Part shown: positions 1 to 7,896 of the stretch, in pieces | Layout: the number at the start of each line of letters is the position of its first letter | Position numbering within the stretch: position 1 is the first letter of the stretch | NCBI GenBank assembly: GCA_033722075.1 | Contig: JAWVZU010000003.1 | Span: 1 to 41,031 of the forward strand | From: Lysobacterales bacterium | Lineage (GTDB): Bacteria > Pseudomonadota > Gammaproteobacteria > Xanthomonadales > SZUA-38 | Length of the DNA stretch: 41,031 nt | Direction of reading: 5' to 3' | The notes under the pieces: generated by a model | Seen by the model: only the letters and a program-made list of their open reading frames with translations | What the model was told of the DNA's origin: nothing | Database searches by the model: none | Made by a program: the position numbers and the translations under genes

Positions 1-173
1 CCGGCAAAGACGATCCCCGCACCCAATGCCCAGCGTCCGGCCGACAGGGCTCCGCGACCCCAATCGGATCCGCGTCCGATAAACGCCAGCAGGTAGAAGA
101 GGACGCCACCGCCGAGCAGGCCAACGGTGAAATGCACCCAGACCGGGTGCCAGTTGGGGACCAGTTCAATCAT
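1..173 (-). CDS. DUF2231-like integral membrane protein, N-terminal fragment (3' end lies beyond the window start)
   Basis: A reverse-strand ATG at 173..171 opens MIELVPNWHPVWVHFTVGLLGGGVLFYLLAFIG... This is a hydrophobic helix carrying the HP-xx-VHF signature seen in DUF2231 proteins. It is absent from the ORF track because the window edge truncates it. Confidence 0.5.
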   Translation of the reverse strand, partial: MIELVPNWHPVWVHFTVGLLGGGVLFYLLAFIGRGSDWGRGALSAGRWALGAGIVFA

Positions 174-245
174 TTCGCCGCATTCCCGGTTTCCTATCGT
201 GCCGTCCACCCTAGGGAGCGACCGTCGCTCCCGCAAATCCGCGCC

Positions 246-3200
246 TCACGAGTCCGGCAGCTTCCGCGAATGCCAGAGGAGAAAAATCGCCGGGATCACC
301 GCAAGCGTCAAGACGGTGGCGCTGACCATGCCCCCGACCATCGGCGCCGCGATTCTCCGCATCACCTCGGATCCGGTGCCGGTACCCAGCATGATGGGCA
401 ACAGACCGGCAATGATCGTCACCACCGTCATGAGCTTCGGGCGCAAACGCTGTACCGCACCGACCGTCACGGCAGCGACGAGGTCCGACCGGGTGAGCTC
501 ATCGCGAGGCTTGGACGCCTTGCGCTCCCGCCACGCTTCGTCCAGGTAGACCAGCATCACGACGCCCGTCTCCGCCGCAACGCCGGCCAGGGCGATGAAA
601 CCGACGCCCACCGCAACCGACAGGTTGTATTCCAGCAGGTGCAGGAGCCACACGCCGCCCACCAGGGCCATGGGCAACGTGGCGACGATGATGAGCACGT
701 CCGCGAGATTCCGGAAGTTGAGATAGAGCAGCAACACGATGATCACCAGGGTCAGCGGCACCACCACGACCAGGCGCTCGGCCGCGCGCTGGAGGTATTC
801 GAACTGTCCCGACCACTGGATCGAGTAGCCCGGGGGCAGATCGACCTCCCGGGCGACCGTTTCCCGTGCTTCCGCCACATAACGGCCCAGATCCCGCCCG
901 GTGATGTCGACGTAGATCCAGCCGTTCGGCCGACCGTTCTCGCTCTTGATCATCGGCGGCCCGTCTTCGACCCGGACTTCAGCGACCGATTCCAGGGGAA
1001 TGTGCTGCCCGGAAGGCGTCACGATGGGCAGGGCTCGCAGCGATTCCGGTGAATCCCGGTAATCCCTCGGGTAACGAAGATTGACCGGATAGCGTTCCAG
1101 CCCCTCCACCGTCTCGGTGACGTTCATGCCACCGATGGCCGTACGGACGACCTCCTGGATGTCGGCGATATTCAACCCGTAGCGCCCGGCCTGGCGGCGG
1201 TCGATGTCCACCACCAGGTAGCGCCCGCCCGCCACGCGCTCCGAGAACGCCGACGCAGTCCCTGGCACATCGGCCAGCGCCGCCTCGATCTGCTGACCGA
1301 TCTGCTGGATGACGTCCAGATCCGGTCCCGCGATCTTGATGCCGACCGGCGTCTTGATGCCGGTTGCCAGCATGTCGATGCGGGTCTTGATCGGCCATAC
1401 CCAGGCGTTGGTGACACCGGGCAGCTTGACCCGCGCATCGAGCTCGGCCTTGATGTGATCGATGGTCACGCCGGGACGCCACTCATCCTTTGGCTTGAGG
1501 CGGATCACCGTCTCGATCATCGTCAGCGGAGCGGGATCCGTGGCCGTGTCGGCACGCCCGATCTTGCCGAACACCTGCGACACCTCGGGTACCGACAGGA
1601 TCAACTTGTCGGTCTGTTGCAGGAGCTCCTGGGCCTTGCCGATGGAAATGCCCGGAAAGGTCGTGGGCATGTACATGAGATCGCCCTCGTTGAGCTCCGG
1701 CATGAACTCGGTGCCGAGGTGGCGAGCCGGCCACCAGGCACTGGCCATGACCAGGATCGCCGCCAGGGCCACCACCCAGGGCATCCGTGTGACCAGCGAA
1801 ATCACCGGTGCATAGAGCCACATCAGGAACCGGTTGAGAGGGTTCGTCCGCTCGTCCCGGATCCGGCCCCGGATCAGATAACCCATGAGGACCGGGACCA
1901 GCGTCACGGACAGGCCGGCGGCCGCCGCCATGGCATAGGTCTTGGTGAAGGCCAGCGGCGCGAACATCCGGCCTTCCTGGGCCTCCAGCGTGAAGACCGG
2001 CAGGAAACTCACGGTGATTATCAGTAGCGAGAAGAACAGCGGGGGACCCACCTGTTCGCTGGCCTTGCGGACAAACGCCCAGTGTCGCTTGGGGTCATAG
2101 TCCTCGCGCTCCATGTGCTTGTGCAGGTTCTCGATCATGACGATGGCCGCATCGACCATGGCGCCGATTGCGATCGCGATGCCGCCCAGCGACATGATGT
2201 TGGCGTTCAGGCCCTGCGCGTGCATGACCGCGAAGGCCGCCAGGATGCCGACCGGCAGGCTCAGGACGATCACCAGCGAAGACCGGAAGTGGAGCAGGAA
2301 GACGAGGCAGACCAGCACGACCACCACGAACTCCTCGATGAGCTTCTCCTCCAGGGTGTCTACGGCCCGGTCGATCAGCGCCGACCGGTCGTAGGTCTCG
2401 ACGACCTCCACTCCCTCCGGGAGGCTGTCGGCCAGTTCCGCCAGCCGCGCTTTCACCGCGTCGATGGTGGCGCTGGCGTTTTCCCCGAAACGCATGACGA
2501 TGATGCCGCCCACGACCTCGCCCTGGCCGTCCAGCTCGGCGATGCCCCGGCGCATCTGCGGCCCGAGCCGGACTTCGGCCACGTCGGCAATTCGCACCGG
2601 CACGCCGTCCGGATTCATGCCCAGGGGGATGTCCAGCAGGTCTTCGCGGTCATCGACATAGCCGGTGGCCCGGATCATGTACTCGGCTTCGGCCAGCTCC
2701 ACGACGGAGCCGCCGACCTCCTGGTTGCCGCGCCGTATCGCCTCGCGCACATGGCGAAGTTCCAGGCCATAGGCACGGAGCGCGTCGGGATCCAGGACCA
2801 CCTGATATTGCCGAACCATGCCGCCGACCGTGGCCACTTCCGCAACGCCGGGTACCGACTGCAGTTCGAATTTCAGGAACCAGTCCTGAATCGAGCGCAG
2901 CTGGGCCAGGTCGTGACGACCGGTCCGATCGACCAGCGCATATTGATAGATCCAGCCCACCCCGGTGGCGTCCGGACCAAGCGCCGGCCGCGCACCGGCC
3001 GGCAATCGATCCGACACCTGGTTGAGGTACTCGAGCACGCGCGAGCGCGCCCAGTAGAGGTCGGTGCCGTCCTCGAAGATCACGTAGACATAGGAATCCC
3101 CGAAGAACGAGAAGCCACGCACGGTGGTTGCCCCCGGCACCGACAGCATGGCCGTGGTCAGGGGATAGGTCACCTGCTCTTCCACGACGCGGGGCGCCTG

Positions 3201-3365
3201 GCCGGCGAAGGGTGTGCGGATGATCACCTGCACGTCCGAGAGATCCGGGATCGCATCCACCGGGGTCTCGCGCAAGGCGTGAACGCCCCATCCGGCCAGC
3301 ACCAGGGTCAGCAGCAGGACCAGGAAACGATTTTCCAGCGACCACCCGATGATCCGGGCGATCAT
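246..3365 (-). CDS. cusA: CusA-type heavy-metal (Cu+/Ag+) efflux RND permease
   Basis: The 1039-aa product is collinear with E. coli CusA from the N-terminus (PVDAIPDLSDVQVII, FGDSYVYVIFEDGTDLYWARSRVLEYLNQV, NEGDLMYMPTTFPGIS, MSLGGIAIAIGAMVDAAIVMIEN). Its ATG overlaps the upstream gene's stop codon (ATGA at 3362-3365). Confidence 0.95.
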   Translation of the reverse strand: MIARIIGWSLENRFLVLLLTLVLAGWGVHALRETPVDAIPDLSDVQVIIRTPFAGQAPRVVEEQVTYPLTTAMLSVPGATTVRGFSFFGDSYVYVIFEDGTDLYWARSRVLEYLNQVSDRLPAGARPALGPDATGVGWIYQYALVDRTGRHDLAQLRSIQDWFLKFELQSVPGVAEVATVGGMVRQYQVVLDPDALRAYGLELRHVREAIRRGNQEVGGSVVELAEAEYMIRATGYVDDREDLLDIPLGMNPDGVPVRIADVAEVRLGPQMRRGIAELDGQGEVVGGIIVMRFGENASATIDAVKARLAELADSLPEGVEVVETYDRSALIDRAVDTLEEKLIEEFVVVVLVCLVFLLHFRSSLVIVLSLPVGILAAFAVMHAQGLNANIMSLGGIAIAIGAMVDAAIVMIENLHKHMEREDYDPKRHWAFVRKASEQVGPPLFFSLLIITVSFLPVFTLEAQEGRMFAPLAFTKTYAMAAAAGLSVTLVPVLMGYLIRGRIRDERTNPLNRFLMWLYAPVISLVTRMPWVVALAAILVMASAWWPARHLGTEFMPELNEGDLMYMPTTFPGISIGKAQELLQQTDKLILSVPEVSQVFGKIGRADTATDPAPLTMIETVIRLKPKDEWRPGVTIDHIKAELDARVKLPGVTNAWVWPIKTRIDMLATGIKTPVGIKIAGPDLDVIQQIGQQIEAALADVPGTASAFSERVAGGRYLVVDIDRRQAGRYGLNIADIQEVVRTAIGGMNVTETVEGLERYPVNLRYPRDYRDSPESLRALPIVTPSGQHIPLESVAEVRVEDGPPMIKSENGRPNGWIYVDITGRDLGRYVAEARETVAREVDLPPGYSIQWSGQFEYLQRAAERLVVVVPLTLVIIVLLLYLNFRNLADVLIIVATLPMALVGGVWLLHLLEYNLSVAVGVGFIALAGVAAETGVVMLVYLDEAWRERKASKPRDELTRSDLVAAVTVGAVQRLRPKLMTVVTIIAGLLPIMLGTGTGSEVMRRIAAPMVGGMVSATVLTLAVIPAIFLLWHSRKLPDS

Positions 3366-4822
3366 GGCTGCATGCTCCCGTCCATGACATGGATCTGCCG
3401 CACCAGGAACGTCCCTTCCGCGGTCTTGACCATCTGGAAATGGATCGAGTCGCCCGGTTCCGCTGCCGCCGCCACCTCGGCATCAGCCAGCTGGAAATCC
3501 ATGGTCATTGCCGGCCACCCGAGGGCTTCGACCGGGTCGTGCTCGATGGTCGCCGTGGTCCCCTCCTTTCCGACCAGACGGCCGGAAACGTTCCAGGGTC
3601 CCCGGTCGTTTTCCCGCCGGGAGTCCTCGAGGCGTTTCAGGCTGCCCGACAGGCTGGCCTCCGAATCGATGAGAAACTGGGCCGAGGTGACAACGCGATC
3701 ACCGGCACTCAGACCCTCACGGATCTCGATCCAGTCTCCGCTGCGGATGCCGGTCACCACCTCGCGGGCCTGAAACCGGCCATCGCCGAGTGCGACCACC
3801 ACGCGGTCCCGCTCGGCGCCGCGGATCAGGGCCTCGGCCGGAATCGAGAGTACGCCCTCCAGGGCACCGCCATAGATCTTGACGGCGGCAAACATGTTGG
3901 GCTTCAGCGCCCGCTCCGGATTGTCGAACCGCAGGCGCACCTGAAGCGTCCGGGTGTCCGGATCCAGTACCGGATCGATGAACACCACCTCGCCTTCGAA
4001 GGTCCGCCCCGGCAGCGCCTCGAGGGTCATTTCCGCGGGCTGTCCCTCCCTGACCCAGGCCGACTGGGATTCGAACACCGCGGCGTGAACCCACACCGAA
4101 CCGAGATCGGCAATACTGAACACGATCGTCGCCGGCGTGACATACATGCCTTCCCGCACGTTCATCTCGGTCACCACGCCATCACGGGGCGCAGCGACTT
4201 CAAAGGTCTGGGATACGCTGCCACGCTTGCCGAGTTGCCGGATCTGCCCGTCGGTCATCCCCAGTGCGCGCAGCTTTTCGCCCGCGGCCTCGGTGATGGC
4301 CGTTTGCCCCCGACGCAGGGCGGCGAGGTACTCCTTCTGCGCATTGACCAGTTCGGGCGAATACACCTCGGCGATGACGGTGCCGGCGCGAACGGTTTCT
4401 CCGAGCGTGGCCACGGCAAGGTCCTCCACCCAGCCTTCCGTTCGCAGATGGACATGACTGATCAGCGACTCGTCGTAGTCCACGTAGCCGGTCGCCCGGA
4501 TCAGTCGCCAGAGCTTTCCGGCTTCGACGACCGCGGTCCGTACGCCCAGGTTCTGTTCGACCGCCGGAGAAATCGTAACTGCGTCCCCGCTGCCCTGGGC
4601 TTCATCCGCATAGACCGGGACCAGGTCCATGCCCATGGGCGACTTGCCCGGACCGTCGCGCCTGAAATTGGGGTCCATGGGCGCAACCCAGTAGAGGATC
4701 TCCCGCTCCCCGGAGCCGTTGCTGCCGGACTCTGCCTCTTGCCCCGGCTCGATCCACATCCCGATGCCGATGCCGAGCGCCAGAGTGGCGATGACCATGA
4801 TGATGGTGCCGATGCGACTCAT
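3362..4822 (-). CDS. cusB: CusB-type periplasmic adaptor (membrane fusion protein) with a C-terminal CusF-like metallochaperone domain
   Basis: The 486-aa product has an N-terminal TM helix and a YWVAPMDPNFRRDGPGKSPMGMDLVPVY heavy-metal MFP motif. The C-terminal ~75 aa (ATIEHDPVEALGWPAMTMDFQL...GDSIHFQMV) match the CusF H/W/M/M Cu(I) site pattern. ATGA overlaps occur at both ends (4819-4822 and 3362-3365). Confidence 0.9.
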   Translation of the reverse strand: MSRIGTIIMVIATLALGIGIGMWIEPGQEAESGSNGSGEREILYWVAPMDPNFRRDGPGKSPMGMDLVPVYADEAQGSGDAVTISPAVEQNLGVRTAVVEAGKLWRLIRATGYVDYDESLISHVHLRTEGWVEDLAVATLGETVRAGTVIAEVYSPELVNAQKEYLAALRRGQTAITEAAGEKLRALGMTDGQIRQLGKRGSVSQTFEVAAPRDGVVTEMNVREGMYVTPATIVFSIADLGSVWVHAAVFESQSAWVREGQPAEMTLEALPGRTFEGEVVFIDPVLDPDTRTLQVRLRFDNPERALKPNMFAAVKIYGGALEGVLSIPAEALIRGAERDRVVVALGDGRFQAREVVTGIRSGDWIEIREGLSAGDRVVTSAQFLIDSEASLSGSLKRLEDSRRENDRGPWNVSGRLVGKEGTTATIEHDPVEALGWPAMTMDFQLADAEVAAAAEPGDSIHFQMVKTAEGTFLVRQIHVMDGSMQP

Positions 4823-6063
4823 GACCGACCCTCCAGATAAAGCAATTGGGCTCGCGCCTTCAGTTCATCGCGCTTGAGGCGCGCATACTCCAGCTTGAGC
4901 TCGTACTCGGTGATCTGGGCTCTCATCAGCTCGGTCAGGTCACCGACCGCAGTGCGGTAGGCATCCAGGGCGGCTTCCCGGTTGTCCGCCGCCTGCGGCA
5001 GAAGGATCTCCCGAAACCGCTCCAACCGTTCACGGACCTGGCGCAAGCGGGCCGCCGATTCGTTCACGTCGCGGCGGAGCATTCGGAGGATTTCCAGCCG
5101 TCCCTCCAGCGCCGCATCGAGCTCGTCGCGGCTTGCGGCAAGCCGCCGATCCTGGCGCTTGTCCCGAAACACCGGCAGGTCGACCATGACCATCGCCGAG
5201 ACGAAGTCCGGCAGGTCCCGCCCGGTCAGGTCGCGACCGTTGCGATCGCCGTAGCTGACCTCGACGGAAAAGCCGGGCTTGTACTGCTGGTTGGCGATGT
5301 CCACGGCCGTTTCTGCCGCCTCGATCTCGTGATCCTGAGCAAGAAGCACCGGGTGATCCGGCAGATCGGCCAGGATCCGCGCCGCTGCGGCGGGTTCTTC
5401 CATCGGCGGCCAGGTATCGGCCAGGGGACGGTAGGCCGCCTCTCCGATCCACATCGACAGTCGAGCCCGCGCCTCTGCCTCCGCCTGCGCCACGGCTGCG
5501 AGCCGTTCCTCGACCCGGGAAGCCTCCAACGCGGCCCGGTACACCTGCTGCTGTTCGGCCCGCCCGGTTCCGTAGTAGTCCTCGATCAGCCCATGGAGTT
5601 CGACCAGCACGTCCCGGCTGGCAGCCAGGATGTCTCGCATCTCCACCTCGGCCGCGACTTCACTGAGGGTCAAGCGAACCGCACGCAGGACCTCCAGCCG
5701 CCGCGCCTGGGCCCGATCGCCGAAGCTCTCGGCCCGGCTGCTCATCTGCCGCTGCTGCAGGTCCAGTGTGCGCCCCGGGGGAAACTGTTGAACCACACCG
5801 AACTGCAACTGCGTCATCGGCTCCTGGTCGAGGTCGAAGGTATCCACCGGCAGCGCCAGGGCGGCCAGCTTGAGCTTGGGGTCCGGCAGCTGACCGGCAG
5901 CCACCGCCGCCTCCTGGCTTGCTGAAGAACGCGCCAGCAGGGCGCGGGTTGTCGGATCCGCCTCTAGCGCGAGCTTCTCCGCCTCCGCGAGGCCAAGCGA
6001 ATCGGGTTCGGCGGCACTCGCCAAGACGCCACCAAGAAGGATCAATAGCAACTGGAACATCAT
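4819..6063 (-). CDS. TolC-family outer-membrane efflux protein (CzcC/CusC-like), no lipobox
   Basis: The product is an outer-membrane factor-like, repeat-rich alpha/beta protein. I prefer the start at ATGATG 6063, which gives the signal peptide MMFQLLLILLGGVLASA and has a GGAG 7 nt upstream. The ORF track's start at 6150 would add a non-signal 29-aa extension. Confidence 0.85.
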   Translation of the reverse strand: MMFQLLLILLGGVLASAAEPDSLGLAEAEKLALEADPTTRALLARSSASQEAAVAAGQLPDPKLKLAALALPVDTFDLDQEPMTQLQFGVVQQFPPGRTLDLQQRQMSSRAESFGDRAQARRLEVLRAVRLTLSEVAAEVEMRDILAASRDVLVELHGLIEDYYGTGRAEQQQVYRAALEASRVEERLAAVAQAEAEARARLSMWIGEAAYRPLADTWPPMEEPAAAARILADLPDHPVLLAQDHEIEAAETAVDIANQQYKPGFSVEVSYGDRNGRDLTGRDLPDFVSAMVMVDLPVFRDKRQDRRLAASRDELDAALEGRLEILRMLRRDVNESAARLRQVRERLERFREILLPQAADNREAALDAYRTAVGDLTELMRAQITEYELKLEYARLKRDELKARAQLLYLEGRS

Positions 6064-6188
6064 TCTGACTCCGTTAGCACGAGAGAACACGAGCGGTTCG
6101 GCCGGCTCAGCCAGGCGCAGGAAGCCGTACGTACGGGAAAACGGGCTCACCGCACGGCAAGGCCATGGCCGGCATCAGGCCGGGGAAT

Positions 6189-6509
6189 TCAGACGATGAT
6201 CGGTGGTCGCAACAGGAGAGGCGGAAACCCGGGCGAGAGGCAGGTCAGCGGATCATCGATTTCAGCGGAGGCCCCGAAGAGCTTCGCGACCCGCGGGTCC
6301 ACGGAAATCGAAGCCGGCCCACCCGCACAGTCGGTCATGGGGCAGGCCTCATCGCAACCGGTTTCGCCGTCATCACAGCAGTCCTTGCAATCCGGGCAAT
6401 GCCGTTCCGCCGGCGGCTGCTCACTGCCATTCGCCGTCTCGGCAAACGCCAGCGTTGCCGGCTGGATGCACAGCATCAGGATCACCAGGATGTTGATCAG
6501 GTTGCGCAT
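6189..6509 (-). CDS. small secreted cysteine-rich protein of unknown function, leader gene of the cus-like operon
   Basis: ATG at 6509 opens a clear Sec signal peptide, MRNLINILVILMLCIQPATLAFA/ET. It is followed by 7 Cys within 25 aa (HCPDCKDCCDDGETGCDEACPMTDC). The ORF is on the same strand as, and directly upstream of, the OMF gene. Against it: no clear Shine-Dalgarno sequence and a low-complexity C-terminal half. Confidence 0.5.
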   Translation of the reverse strand: MRNLINILVILMLCIQPATLAFAETANGSEQPPAERHCPDCKDCCDDGETGCDEACPMTDCAGGPASISVDPRVAKLFGASAEIDDPLTCLSPGFPPLLLRPPIIV

Positions 6510-6549
6510 TTTTCAGATATTAGCACGGTTTCATTCAAATTCACCCGGC

Positions 6550-7467
6550 ATGGATATACAGCAAACGGTCAACATCATCGGCGTCGCCATGGATCTCGGA
6601 GCCAGTCGGCGGGGAACGGACATGGGGCCGTCGGCACTTCGGGTAGCGGGTCTTGGACAGGGTTTGAGGCGCCTTGGCTATGAGGTGGCTCGGGAACAGG
6701 ACATTCACGTGGCCGCGATGGAGACTAAGGAACCGCCGGATGCTAAGGCCCGCTTCAAGCCCGAGATCCTGAGCGTCTGCACGGCGCTATGCGAGCGGGT
6801 CGAGAGCGTCCTCGAGGCCGGCAACATTCCGCTCGTCATCGGCGGTGATCATTCCATCGCAATGGGTACGGTTTCTGGGATATCCGCCCATTTTCGGAAA
6901 AAGGACGAGCAGATCGGCCTGATCTGGTTCGACGCCCACGGGGATATGAACATTCCCGGCGTGTCGCCCAGCGGCAACATCCATGGCATGCCGCTCGCGC
7001 ACCTGCTTGGCCGCGGAGACCCGGATCTCTATGGCATTGGCGGTTTCAGTCCCAAGGTCGATCCCGCCAAGGTCGCCCTGGTCGGCATCCGGGATATCGA
7101 CGCCGGGGAGCGCAAGATCATTCGCGATGCCGGAATCAGGACGTTCACCATGCGGGATATCGATGAACGCGGCATGGCGCGGGTCGCCCGCGAGATCCTC
7201 GATGTGGTGAATGACGGTACCGCGGGCTTTCATATCAGCTTCGACGTCGACGGCTGCGATCCATCGGTCATGCCGGGGTCCGGCACCCTGGTACCTGGCG
7301 GCGTCAGCTTCCGTGAAGCGCACCTGCTGCTGGAACTGTGCGCCGACAACGGCAACATGGTGGCGATGGAAGTCGTCGAACTGAATCCCCTGCTCGACGA
7401 CCACAACATCAGCGCTGAACGGACGCTGTCCCTCATCCTGAGCGCCTTCGGCAAGAGTATCCTGTAG
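6550..7467 (+). CDS. rocF: arginase
   Basis: The 305-aa product from ATG 6550 (MDIQQTVNIIGVAMDLGASRRGTDMGPSALR) has the ureohydrolase Mn-site motifs GGDHSIAMG, WFDAHGDMN and SFDVDGCDP. It is collinear with Bacillus RocF. The track ORF's 118-aa N-terminal extension is antisense read-through. Confidence 0.93.
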   Translation: MDIQQTVNIIGVAMDLGASRRGTDMGPSALRVAGLGQGLRRLGYEVAREQDIHVAAMETKEPPDAKARFKPEILSVCTALCERVESVLEAGNIPLVIGGDHSIAMGTVSGISAHFRKKDEQIGLIWFDAHGDMNIPGVSPSGNIHGMPLAHLLGRGDPDLYGIGGFSPKVDPAKVALVGIRDIDAGERKIIRDAGIRTFTMRDIDERGMARVAREILDVVNDGTAGFHISFDVDGCDPSVMPGSGTLVPGGVSFREAHLLLELCADNGNMVAMEVVELNPLLDDHNISAERTLSLILSAFGKSIL

Positions 7468-7553
7468 CCATCTCGGCATCACCTCGTGCGGGGAGCCGGG
7501 CACCGCGCTATCATGGCCGGGTTTATGCTGCGGCCACGGGCCAGAGGGTCGTC

Positions 7554-7832
7554 ATGTCCAGAAGACTGTTTCGTGCCACCATTGACGAGGAGAAGTTCTC
7601 CTTCGACGAGCTTGCCGATGGGATCGATCACTTTGCCGAGCTTCTCGAAAAGCGGCTGGCGGACGCCGGCGCGACGGATATCGATCTGCGCGTTCCCGTG
7701 GCCAGTGAGGAGGAGGTCCTCTTTGCCGCGGCCTACAAGACTCTGGATCGGGAAACTTTCGAATCGATCCTGCATGGCGTGGCGGGCGAAAACCACATCG
7801 AGCTTCACGAAATAGAAGCACCCGACGGTTGA
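7554..7832 (+). CDS. hypothetical small acidic protein (92 aa)
   Basis: ATG at 7554 is preceded by AGAGGG. Third codon positions are GC-rich in this frame. The product has a balanced, helix-like acidic composition. The competing 153-aa reverse ORF looks like shadow sequence. Confidence 0.5.
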   Translation: MSRRLFRATIDEEKFSFDELADGIDHFAELLEKRLADAGATDIDLRVPVASEEEVLFAAAYKTLDRETFESILHGVAGENHIELHEIEAPDG

Positions 7833-7896
7833 TAGTCGATCAAGGGGGCCGTCCTGAGACCGGCCCGGATGGGAGGGCGGCATCAGCCGAAGACAA

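Noticed and set aside
2082-3773. 563-aa plus-strand ORF, together with the shorter ORFs at 127-1052 and 1455-2027, lying across cusA/cusB
   Set aside because: They are antisense to genes with unambiguous CusA/CusB homology. The products are Arg/His/Gly/Asp/Pro-rich low-complexity sequence, typical of shadow ORFs in high-GC DNA.
6196-6549. 118-codon upstream extension of the arginase ORF
   Set aside because: Arginase homology begins at MDIQQTVNIIGV (6550). The extension is antisense to the Cys-rich secreted ORF and has no arginase counterpart.
6510-6549. CusR or CueR-type operator in the 40-bp gap between the cus leader ORF and arginase
   Set aside because: No dyad resembling a CusR box or a MerR-type 19-20 bp spaced promoter is visible, and there is no cusRS or cueR gene in the window. 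Regulation of the pump remains unknown.
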